In this document: in pieces, positions 25,098 through 35,303 of the stretch
Numbering within the stretch: the first letter of the stretch is position 1
Layout of the letters: the number at the start of each line of letters is the position of its first letter
From: Phoronis australis
Lineage: Eukaryota; Animalia; Phoronida
Direction: 5' to 3'
Assembly: GCA_002633005.1 (NCBI GenBank)
Contig: NMRA01001248.1
Coordinates: 1 to 35,303 of the forward strand
DNA length: 35,303 bases
Notes under the pieces: model-generated
Seen by the model: only the letters and a program-made list of their open reading frames with translations
What the model was told of the DNA's origin: nothing
Database searches by the model: none
Program-made: the position numbers and the translations under genes

Positions 25098-27321
25098 AAT
25101 TTAAGACGAGCGAATATATACATGTACATACACTGGCCACCACAGACTGTGTTTGAGTTGAACGATAGCTGAGCCGACAATCCGCACACGTTTTAAACGG
25201 CGGTGCGTTCTAGAACGTTTTAGTCGGAGTAGAAGCCGTTTCATTTCCTTCCCTTCTTTAAAGTAAAAAAATATCCCAGTTAGTTTGGATTTGAGAGTAT
25301 AGGGGCCCCGAAATTCGAATTATCTTACGGGCCTCAAAATTCCTCAATCCGGCCCTATTTACTTTCGCTTGACTGTAGCAGGGTTGACCCTTGCTATGAA
25401 CAGTGAACATGCACTAACTACGATATGAGTTGGTTTAGTGTCGGGCTACTCCTGAGTTGTTGTAACCGTGTCTCGTGCTCTCCAAGTACCCCTCGTATTC
25501 TTCTGGCACACTTAAAGCTAGAACATTGTTGTTGCAAAACGATGTCTCGGAGTGCTTTTATCGTGCAGTACTTTTCACTGTCGAGCATTTATAGTCATTG
25601 CTGTGTTGACAATCCTTGTACATGAAGTTGTGAGAAATCTTCCACTTGTCAGTGTTCTCAATTCTTTCAATTTCGCGGCAATGATTTGAGAATGAAAATT
25701 AGGCAGGCGTTTCTGAGTTCGTATCTGGACCGTAACCGATCTTGAGTAGAAATTTTCGACTGAGTTCGAATGAATTATGCAACGGGTGCTGGTCTTTCAT
25801 AATTCAAAGGCTTTTAAAAATGAACTTCTTCCTGCGCGGACGGAGTGTTTCCTTTCAGTGGTCGGATGTAATTACCTGAATGTTCTCATTTGGTTGGGAA
25901 AGTATCACATGTACAGCCAAAGGCTTAGCAATATTATTGCTAGAGTTGAATTTTTGAGGAAGGAATTGTTAAAAATACATGTACTTTCAAACTGTAATCT
26001 GAAGTTGTACAAGAAGGCCTATTTGTGAATAGATGGTCATCTTTGTCTTTTCGGGTTTTTTCAAGTTGACTGTTGGCAAGTTACTTTTTGAACTCAGTCT
26101 CAACATAGACTATAGTACATATGGACCGCCAACTCCGTAATATTTCAATGGACGAATTATGTACATATGCACAAGCCCTTACTCCACTATTCAATAGCGA
26201 CACCTGGCTAAATTTTCTGGTGCAATTTCCGGCAAGTACCGTACCTCGTCTGCTAATCACGGTCGGCTCCTTTGTGGCCGGTTGTTCAGCCACACAGGCG
26301 AAATATAAACGCGTTAGCTTCCATACAATCCGAAGACCCCATAATCGGCTGTGGGAAGAAAAGCTTATTTCTTGTGTTGACGTGAATCGCAGTTGTTCCA
26401 AGTTAAGCAATAAGAATTATACAATTGTTCAAGGCACTTTAAAGATGAATTTTTTAGAGGCTCTGGTAGGCCTACTTAATCCTGTTTTCACAGATCCATT
26501 TTTGTTTTCTCCGTTTTTGTGAAAACTCTGATAAACTTTTTGGCGAAAATTGTCCTCTGAATTTCTTCCAAAGGTAGTGACTCATGAACTCCTGTCCTTA
26601 CGAGGAACTTCAGCCATAGTCTAGTGAGCGAATTAACCAAATTACTCTTCGCTGGCCGTTGGTCTCAACAGAATGCGCACATTTGGCTAGGATTTGGATC
26701 AGCGATTTTAACAAATAAATAGAACGCTGGTAAAACCTTTAGTACGTCTAGGTAGGCAAACGCCCAGGTAGCTGTGTGTTCAGCTCCCGAGTCACCCAAA
26801 TTTAATACAATCTTGCCGGGCACGAGAAAATTATAGAACACCTCGAATCTAGATAGAGTTGCCGCCGCAATACCGGTGTCGAAACGAGCTCAGCGAAGCC
26901 TGAGGCCTGTAGTGGCCGGAGCAGGGCAGACGGAGTTTGTCACATCATATAGATTATAGACAACAGATTCGCTACTCCGACGCCACTCAACTAAATTACC
27001 TGGTTCATTGTTATGGAAACTTTTCGCATCTATTTTACTGTCCAGTATGTAAACAAAAACAAAATAATAATTTCGACATTGAAACGCAGTTCAAAATCTT
27101 AAAATAGTAAAACTGTTAGTATCGTGAGTACTTTTACCAATGCTACTACCACCCAATCACACAACAGCCGACCAAGATTATCAGACGACGACGTAGGCCT
27201 ACTTGTCGTAAATGATTCCAGATAATTTGGCTAATTTTCGCTAGTGAAATGACGAAACTTTGCGCGGAAAAGCAGAGATTTCGTCCTTTGAATAGTACAC
27301 GAAGTTGGCGGTCCATGTACT
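25098..27321 (+). repeat. Dispersed block, copy 2 (uninterrupted)
   Basis: Matches 6385-8076 + 14625-15228 and carries the empty LINE target site at 26713-26726. Confidence 0.95.
26114..27321 (+). mobile_element. THAP-bearing inverted-arm element, copy 2 (~1.2 kb)
   Basis: Inverted ends agtacat(at)ggaccgccaact ... agttggcggtccatgtact. THAP relic TVGSFVAGCSATQAKYKRVSFHT..CSRHFKDE at 26259-~26460. Confidence 0.8.
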
Positions 27322-27585
27322 GCTCTGCGCAGAATGGTGAATGTTGACCAAGACCTTTTTGTCCATCTAGTGACGTCACACGCATGCTGGCGCCCGCATT
27401 GGAGATCATGAGACTATACGTGAACCGATTTAGCCCATTAATGTTAATCGATGAGCTTGAAGGTTGCATTTAAAAAACCCGTGCTGAATAATACAAAGGC
27501 CGAAATAGGAGCTTGCCTGGGCCTAGAAGTCACATACATAGTGTTGTCGAAGTCAAATTATGTATTTGTAGTAAACACTAACCCT

Positions 27586-27738
27586 GCCGCCCGTTCAGTA
27601 ACGCTAGAACGTCGCTAAAAAGCAAGACTTCGCGAGATTACGTGAGATATTGCCACGCAGTTTATATGAGAGCACGTGACTGTGACTAGGTTTTAGCTAG
27701 TTCCTAGCGTAGGTCCTAGCGTCTACTGAACGCACGCC
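27586..27738. mobile_element. ~150-bp MITE (possibly PIF/Harbinger-like)
   Basis: Inverted ends cgttcagta-acgctagaac / gtcctagcgtctactgaacg. TSD unclear. Confidence 0.6.
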
Positions 27739-27998
27739 TGGCTAACTAGTCTCCTGCACAGACCCTCGAGGTTGGTTATCCGTGACGTCATCTTGTGAGG
27801 CCCGGGAACCAGGTTACCTGGCTAACCTGCCATCTGTTGGCTGTCGATGACCTATTTAAGCAATGACTCATCAAAACTTTTTGGTAAAATCCATGGGTGT
27901 GTTTTGACGCTGTATAATATTCACTCCACCTGGGAGTATTGGTCCTAGACTCCACGTAGAAGAACCGCAAGGATTCTAGCGACTAGGCAAAAGATGGC
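27630..27998 (+). promoter_or_regulatory. Candidate promoter of the ankyrin-repeat gene
   Basis: CpG-containing segment with TCGCGAGA (27630), E-box CACGTGAC (27673), CRE TGACGTCA (27783) and YY1-like AAGATGGC over the ATG. Confidence 0.45.
27747..27816. mobile_element. 70-bp insertion with 10-bp TSD, AcademH-like termini
   Basis: Direct repeat cctggctaac at 27737-27746 and 27817-27826. The insert begins TAGTCTC and ends CAGGTTA. TAG-type ends with a 9-10 bp TSD are characteristic of AcademH. Confidence 0.65.
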
Positions 27999-28041
27999 TT
28001 TTAACAAGGAATCAGGTCGATTACTTCTTGATGAGGAAGAG
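27994..28041 (+). CDS. Putative first coding exon of an ankyrin-repeat gene (MAFNKESGRLLLDEEE)
   Basis: AAGATGG start context, 16 open codons and a phase-0 donor GAG|gtgaga. Joins in frame to the exon at 34772. Confidence 0.55.
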
Positions 28042-28653
28042 GTGAGAGTTTACACGTCTCAAAAATCATCTCATCTATTCGGGCCCTCGTCAGTCACTCG
28101 TTTACCTTGTATGCTGCTGAATATGTGATTGGCTATTATTGAAATTTGATTGTTTAACCCTTGGCGCGTTTTTCCACGATCAGCGTAACATTACAGTCAT
28201 GGTTAATGGTTTGTTAGGTTGAGAATTATGATTAAATATTGCGATATGAAGATTTCGACATTCAGATTCATGGCACTCTTATTTTATACCTTGGAAAAAG
28301 ACATTTTAAGTTAGTAACAAAATGGCTTCACTCTAGGAATTTCCCAACGTCACAGCAGAGGAAGGGCGGAGCCCGAGGGGATAATATCACTTAATAGAAA
28401 ATGGTAAAGGTCTACCTCTGCATGTTTGGATGTATACATGCTTGCTTTTTGACAACGGTCATTATAAAACTCCCCAGTTAGTAAGCAAGCACCTACCGAA
28501 CCATTGTTGTCCTGTCAACCAACCATCAATCATTCTGTTCCTCTGACCTAAAAATCTTCCACCGGTTGATGCACTCATTTCGCAAGCTGGTCAGCAGAAT
28601 TTTATATTTTTTCTCTTCTCAAAAGTTTTATTTGGTTGTCAATGTGTGTTTAA

Positions 28654-29208
28654 NNNNNNNNNNNNNNNNNNNNNNNNNNNNNNNNNNNNNNNNNNNNNNN
28701 NNNNNNNNNNNNNNNNNNNNNNNNNNNNNNNNNNNNNNNNNNNNNNNNNNNNNNNNNNNNNNNNNNNNNNNNNNNNNNNNNNNNNNNNNNNNNNNNNNNN
28801 NNNNNNNNNNNNNNNNNNNNNNNNNNNNNNNNNNNNNNNNNNNNNNNNNNNNNNNNNNNNNNNNNNNNNNNNNNNNNNNNNNNNNNNNNNNNNNNNNNNN
28901 NNNNNNNNNNNNNNNNNNNNNNNNNNNNNNNNNNNNNNNNNNNNNNNNNNNNNNNNNNNNNNNNNNNNNNNNNNNNNNNNNNNNNNNNNNNNNNNNNNNN
29001 NNNNNNNNNNNNNNNNNNNNNNNNNNNNNNNNNNNNNNNNNNNNNNNNNNNNNNNNNNNNNNNNNNNNNNNNNNNNNNNNNNNNNNNNNNNNNNNNNNNN
29101 NNNNNNNNNNNNNNNNNNNNNNNNNNNNNNNNNNNNNNNNNNNNNNNNNNNNNNNNNNNNNNNNNNNNNNNNNNNNNNNNNNNNNNNNNNNNNNNNNNNN
29201 NNNNNNNN
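28654..29208. other. Assembly gap (N)
   Basis: Run of N. Confidence 1.
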
Positions 29209-30129
29209 ATCAATATAACATTGATGTAGACGTTTGAACTTGGAAATTGGAACCCCAATCTTTCCAGTTAAATCTCGTACTTAAAAGTAAATCGTTTTAA
29301 GGGGAACCAAGTCGGAAAAGGTTTTGTAGAAAATATGAGAAACAAGTCTCAATTTAAATAGATTTTGTTGGAAATACAGCGCAACAATTTCGTTAGGGAA
29401 GGAGGTTGGGAAAGTGCCACCCAGCTGAGCGACACGTGAAGTGATTTCTCGTAACCACCAACTAGTACTGCTTACTTTTTCAACTAACAGGTGGCGCTAC
29501 TTAAGTATTCTTGTTCGTTCACTTCAGTAAGTGTCTTATTCTTGGAACGATATACGAAAGACAACCTTGGTAGTTTACAACACCGTGTTATCACACATAA
29601 CAACCTGAAGCGTGCACTCCGAGAAAACTTTCAAACTGGAGCATGATTACTGTACTTTCCTTAAGCAAATGTATACATAATTTTCGCAAACAATCCTGCG
29701 ATGCCCATGACCCAAATCTTGACATACGTTGAACCACGTGATCTTCAGGTACCGGCTAACACGCTAAATTTGCCCTTTACTTGGTTATCAACAAAAGTAT
29801 TTGTTTAACCATTGTTAACTAGAACTCGTACATGATCTGGATTTCAACATTGAATGCAATCTAGTCAACTGAAAACTGGAGCGCCCTCTTGAGGTAACTT
29901 GTCAAAATTTGTTGAGATAACCACGTTGGGTCCTTCATACATGTATCTGAGATTGACTCTCATGTTAACTTTGACTCGAAACAAGGGCTAGAACCTGACG
30001 GTGTACCGATTGTATATCTATTGGTTATCCTAGTGACGTAGGTATGTTGAAGAAGATTGTAATAGAACAAGTTATGGTCGTCTCACAAGGTTCAATAATT
30101 ATTCATTATCACATTTATAAAGTCACGAA

Positions 30130-30300
30130 ACCATGAAGTAATATTGCATGTACGTTTTGCAGGATACTCATTTTGACCCTCAGAGATGTAAGAATGTGGT
30201 TTAAATTTTATAGCTATTGAAGTCATCATCATTGGAAAAATATTCTGGGTAATGTAATTAATCTTTATGTGCCGAACAAAGACAACACAGATTTTTAAAT
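30130..30300 (+). pseudogene. Small L1/Tx1 APE endonuclease fragment
   Basis: LQDTHFD at 30157 and NLYVPNKDNTDF at 30260 parallel CLQDTHFT and NSYCPNRDSPSF in the large LINE. Confidence 0.6.
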
Positions 30301-33300
30301 CAACATTTATCAACTTATTTTTAAATTTTATTCAGAAATCATAGTTTTTTGCCTTGACTGCAATTTGTTCCAAATCTCTGCATTAAGTTGCTGCTATTAT
30401 ACAAACCAAAATAACCCTAGGGTCAGGGATAAATGTCTAAAGCTAATGGACAAGAATTGATGACAACAATAAGTTATAAGTGGCTTAAATCACTTATCTT
30501 GTTAAAATAAATAAGCAAAATATTAATTTCCCAACATCAAAAGTGGTCCCCTACATTAATATTGAGGGCCCTCTTGGAAAGCAGTGCTATCACTGAAGAG
30601 GCCACCCTCATTTTAAATATCACAATTATAAAATAATAATAAAATACGGACTTCCCCACGCCAAGGTCACCGTTAGCAGGTCCATACCGAATTAATATAG
30701 AAGCCCTGATATTTTGGTGTGGTTGTACAGTGGAGTAGTGGGCGATAGAATACGTAGACACACCGCACCTTGTTTAACATCTCGTTTACGTACCGTAAGA
30801 TACAGAGTGGTGTGGCGTAGATTTACGTAGACGCAAACACTACGTTATTCTCTTTGAACGCAGGGTTCATTACACTGCAAGGGCATCTCATTCTACAGCA
30901 GGTCAACCAAAATTCAAGTCTACTTGAATGTTACGCTGCTGGTGATGATTTTAAGTGTTCGACGTTTGTTGAGTTGCAAATAGCCATGACTGTATGGAGT
31001 TCCTTAAAAGATGAAATCTTCGTTGTCAATTAAAATGGAGAAAGAAGCAACGACTCCAAGAATAAAATTGTTTCCCCGACTCATGGGATAGTTAGAAAGT
31101 TATACCACCTATCAGGATCTTGTGCTTATGTTTGCAGAATTGTCAAATCAGGTGTGTCTGTGTCTGAAATCCTTCCAATAACAACACTACCAAACTTGCA
31201 CGTCTCAGACAGGCTTTCGCCACCGCCATGTCGTGCGTCAGTGAAACTAGGTTTGGGTCCCTAATAACTGAAATGGAACAAATGGACTGGTGTGGCGTGT
31301 GGCGGGGATACCACCAAAATGGAAATTAGAGCATGTATGACGCAGCCGCCTTGTCGGTGTATTTAATCAACTATTGACAAATTAAATATTTAACTCAGTT
31401 GCCCTAGATTTTTGAAAGTAGAAAGCCTGAAATTTTTTATTTCTGACTTGATACCAATTTGTATAAAACGGTTTATGTTACTATGTAGTTTTAGTAAACT
31501 TTGGCTTAAAACCTACATCCATAGCAAAACTACATGTACGGTATTAATGACATGACAAAATTTCGATTGGTATTAATGTACAAGATAAAATATCAAAACT
31601 GTTTCACTTTCTAAATTAAAATTTCCTTTTTGTTTCACGCTTTTTTAATTATCATAAACATCCTTTATCTCATAGCCCCTCATGCAAAAGGCAATTTTTT
31701 AAACACAATTACAAACACAAATTTGGAGACCTGTGCGTGAGTCACGGTGTCTTTGAGAGTCAAAAGAATTCAATGAACTGTACATGTATATGAGATAGGA
31801 TATTCCAGAATGTGTCCGATTTGACCATCAATTTGAGTGCCCCAAATAACCTTAGTCGATGAACTGGCAAGAGTGGAGATCAAATACTGAGAAAGAAAAG
31901 AAAGTACAGTCAACAAGTAATAGAAAATAGGAATTGCCAAAACGCTGAAGCCTTTCAGGTGCGAGAAAAGACAGAATTCGGGCAAAAACAGGTTAGGGCG
32001 GGAGCACTTAGTAAAGTCGAGTGATGATGTTGTCTTGCAGGGAGGATCGAAGTTAAAATCCACTAGTTGATGAAATAAAGGTTACGCACCACCTTGTGCG
32101 TGTTCATTACAGTCTAAAATTCTGAGCTCACGATGATGCAGCGGGGTTGGGGGTAGGGGTCGTGGTCCCTCTAAATTGATCAGTACAGCACTACCGATAC
32201 ATTATTGTAATAAAGCTGGTAAAATTGTCCACGTTGCCTCATTTGTTAAACAAGCTCAGCCGCTTTAAACGCTGCCATTCGTCTAGCATGTCTAGGATAG
32301 AGAGGGACATTCATTTTCCTCATAGAAGTTGAACACTGTGATTTTTACGGCATGCTAACGTTATATTTACGAGGACTTCTTGATTTATTCTTTTAACTTC
32401 ACTTAGACTGTGTTGGCGGGTGACCAAGGACCACTGTTCTTCACATGACATTGAAGCCAGTTGAACGATTACTCTAAAGCGTAGCTTGCACAAACAGATC
32501 TTTTTTATAAATAACATTTCATAACATTTCAATAGAGCATGAAAATAACTGGCCCACAATCTCGTTCGCCGTCTTGCTTAGCTACAATTTTGTCAACAAT
32601 AGCGGACAGCGAAAAACCAGGTGATGCCGGATCTTGACGCATTCCCAAATTACCCACTGAACGAGCAAATTTCAAAGCTAGTCATAGTCATTTAAAGTAG
32701 CGATTGTAGGACAAGTCACTATACATTAAGAAGTCAACTTTAATTCATTCCACAGAGTTCTCGATACACCTGACACAGCGCCACCTACACGCGTGTATGC
32801 TGTCATCGCGATAGGGCCGTACTATGACCGACTGCAAAGTGCTGGTGCAATGATACGAAACGTATTCCTGGTCACGTGACACTGAACATATGGTCGTCGA
32901 AAAAAAGTAGACTAAGATGTCTAACATGTGACTTTCGGCCCTTTGAAATATTTACCGCAGAGACATCGGCCACTAGCATCACCCGTATAATAAGAGGCAT
33001 TATTCAGCATAATCATACGTATAATGTAAAGTGAGTTTTTTCAAAATGTGATTTGAAAAATTATGCAAATCCCATGCAGCTTGACGCTTTTTAGTGGTTT
33101 TTAAGTAGGGTTGGGCAGATTAAAAAATATGCGAGAGCAGACCATATCCTAATTTGCGTCTTAGCTAATGTTAACGGACGATTCGCATTAGATATAAGGC
33201 CTTTACGAAAATGACTCTACACCTCCGAGCGTTAAAAGGTTTTACAAGTCCATACATGTAACTCTTACTGTAGGAAGATTTTTGTATAAAGCTGCTTTTT

Positions 33301-34157
33301 TTTCTGCACGGCAAGGTTTCAAGTCTGCATAATAATATTTTATGTCAATTGTCTAACAATCGTGGCTTAGACAGACTTGATTTGAACTGTTTTATTTACA
33401 TGTTCAAATGTTGGAGCGCAGATATCTCATGCCGTGCATAGGTGCACGTGATGTGATCTGAAGTTAGTTCTAAGTAAAGAGGCGAGGGCAAGGTTGGTAA
33501 ATGTCATTTATTAACGACGACAGTTAACTTTGGAAATAGTATGGAAGAATGTAAACAAAAATACTGTGATCACTGTATGTAAAGAAATATGTAATATTCG
33601 ATAGACTAAAGTTGACCTTGAATGGAGTAACGATAAAAGCAAGTTTGCAAAATTGTACATGAAAATAAAACGCAGACAACCTACAGGTATGGTACAAAAG
33701 GTATACCAAGTCACAACTTCTTGCTTTCATATCGTCTTTTAAGACATATGGGGAGTTATCGACTAATATATGAATCCAGTCATTCGCAAAACTTACGAAT
33801 TAAAATAGAAGATGACGTCAAACAGCGCATTGTGCAATAATTGGGTAATAAGAAATGAGTATTTTAGGCAACATAGCGGGAAATTTTTAGACAACATCAC
33901 CTTTGTCTTTCCATCCGACTTAATTTAATGCGCTACTGCACATTCTTGAGCTGATGCTACAAAAGTCTCAATACATACATGTACATCGGAGCCGATGCGT
34001 CGACGAACAAACGCACCCCGAGACACTATGTCGATGAACAAATATCGACTCGAGACGATGGCCTCTACTATCCCAGAACAATGTTTGAGAAGGCAGTATA
34101 CCAACTGCAGTTGGCAGCCCGTTTTGGGCAACTAAAATTAAACACAATAGGTTGAGT

Positions 34158-34262
34158 AAAAAAATTCAGTGTCTCCGATGGGACTTGAACCCAGGTTATA
34201 CGTGGGACGACCAAGCGTGTAAATCTTTAGGCCAACAAGCTATTGCCACTTAGTAAGTGGCT
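34158..34262 (-). mobile_element. tRNA-derived SINE-like repeat (not a tRNA gene)
   Basis: Minus strand has a degenerate A box (tggcctaaagatt), B box GGTTCAAGTCCC (34180-34191) and a T7 run, with the hairpin gccactta-g-taagtggc at 34245-34261. No complete cloverleaf. Confidence 0.55.
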
Positions 34263-34451
34263 TAGAGAGGCTTTATCTGACAGTAAGTATTGTCACAAAC
34301 GGAAGACACGCTTCACAACACTACACTTCCTTCCGCGGAACAGGAGCGCTCACTGGCGTTTAGATCTCAGCAACAACATAGCGTCCTTGAATTTGACCTC
34401 AGCAACGCTCTCTTTGTGTTATAAATCCAACAGTACCAGGTCGATAAAGCG

Positions 34452-34542
34452 GGGCCCAATGGAAATGATGGTAAAATGGGCACAGCAGGTCAAAATGGAC
34501 ATAGTGGTCAACTTGGACACAATGGTTCAAAATGGAGAAGAC
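34452..34542 (+). pseudogene. Gly-X-Y (collagen-like) coding relic
   Basis: GPN GND GKM GTA GQN GHS GQL GHN GSK then GED after a 1-nt shift. No usable splice donor seen. Confidence 0.55.
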
Positions 34543-34771
34543 AGACACAGCTTTTCTTGTTTTTAAAGTTGGTATAAATGTTGGGTTATTATGAAGCTTC
34601 AATATTAACACAAGTCAAAATTTGCGAAAAGTATTTTATATGCTACATGTATGCATTATCCAGACCCAGGAACAACCCAACCCTCCCTGAAATTTCATAT
34701 CATCTAAGGAGCTCCATAATGGTAGTGAATGTACACTATGTGATTTAAAATCTATTTGTTATTATTTTCAG

Positions 34772-34861
34772 ATTAGAGCAGCTGCACTAACAGGCGACTG
34801 TTCTACAGTTGTAGAGTATGTAAACCGTGGTTGGGATGTGGACCAAGAACTGGATTCGGTG
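34772..34861 (+). CDS. Ankyrin-repeat exon (IRAAALTGDCSTVVEYVNRGWDVDQELDSV); gene continues beyond the window
   Basis: Strong acceptor ttattattttcag| and donor |gtaagt, 90 bp, phase 0-0, open frame. Matches the ankyrin pattern AAxxGxxxxVxxxxxxGxDV. Confidence 0.82.
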
Positions 34862-35303
34862 GTAAGTATTTAGACATGAACACTCGTGTGATCGTCTTTG
34901 GCTTGAAATGCACGTTGTAACAAATACTTCTATACATCTGCTATCTTAAGAATTTGCCTTCCTGATTTTATGTTGAATATATTGTACCAACACTGTAAAC
35001 TGTTAACCAAAGCAACATGTGAACGGCGTGGTAACAATACAAAACTGTAATAACAAAATTTTCACATTTAACTACAGAAGTTATGAATATAACAGACAAT
35101 TTTCTTACTTTGAGTTAACAGCACACGTGTGTTGGTGAGAAAAATACAGTGAAATTGTGACGTGGTCCTTCGAACAACAAACTGGCAGCTTCACTAAGTA
35201 GCACTTTATTGACGCCATTCTGCTATAGAATACTACATTCTTCACCTAAATATGTTTACAGATTTCTTTTGTTATTGTACGGGGGCATATGACTGTAGGA
35301 AGA

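Noticed and set aside
28070-28097. Second hammerhead on the minus strand (ctgacgagggcccgaat)
   Set aside because: GAAT instead of GAAA, and no room for stem II with a loop.
29297-29664. TTAA-flanked Kolobok-like MITE (also 17650-17862)
   Set aside because: The inverted ends match too poorly to define an element.
34158-34245. Functional tRNA gene
   Set aside because: Only the B box is good; the acceptor and anticodon stems cannot be formed.
35262-35303. Possible third ankyrin exon (ISFVIVRGHMTVGR after tttacag)
   Set aside because: Lacks the GxTPLH-like start, the flanking sequence looks intronic, and it is truncated by the window edge.

Overview
Eukaryotic, AT-rich, repeat-dense invertebrate genomic DNA (mollusc-like by motif content; this is inference), with two assembly gaps. 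There is no prokaryotic operon, CRISPR array or rRNA. The core is a nested transposon stack. A ~2.2-kb block carrying a THAP-zinc-finger element with long inverted arms occurs twice (6385-15228 and 25098-27321). Copy 1 is interrupted by a full-length but dead L1/Tx1-type LINE (8077-14610, 14-bp TSD), and copy 2 preserves the empty site. The LINE contains a 712-bp solo LTR (5-bp TSD) with clustered heat-shock elements, and a 1.1-kb P/hAT-like MITE (8-bp TSD) sits in the tip of the THAP element's right arm. Other features are a minimal Penelope-type hammerhead ribozyme, an orphan FBXL6-like LRR exon with a stop codon, decayed RTE-X-like and L1 fragments, several MITEs, a tRNA-derived repeat and a Gly-X-Y relic. 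The first two coding exons of a probable host ankyrin-repeat gene (27994-28041, 34772-34861) are also present, with promoter motifs lying inside two tiny transposons. All calls come from reading the sequence; no database search was run.
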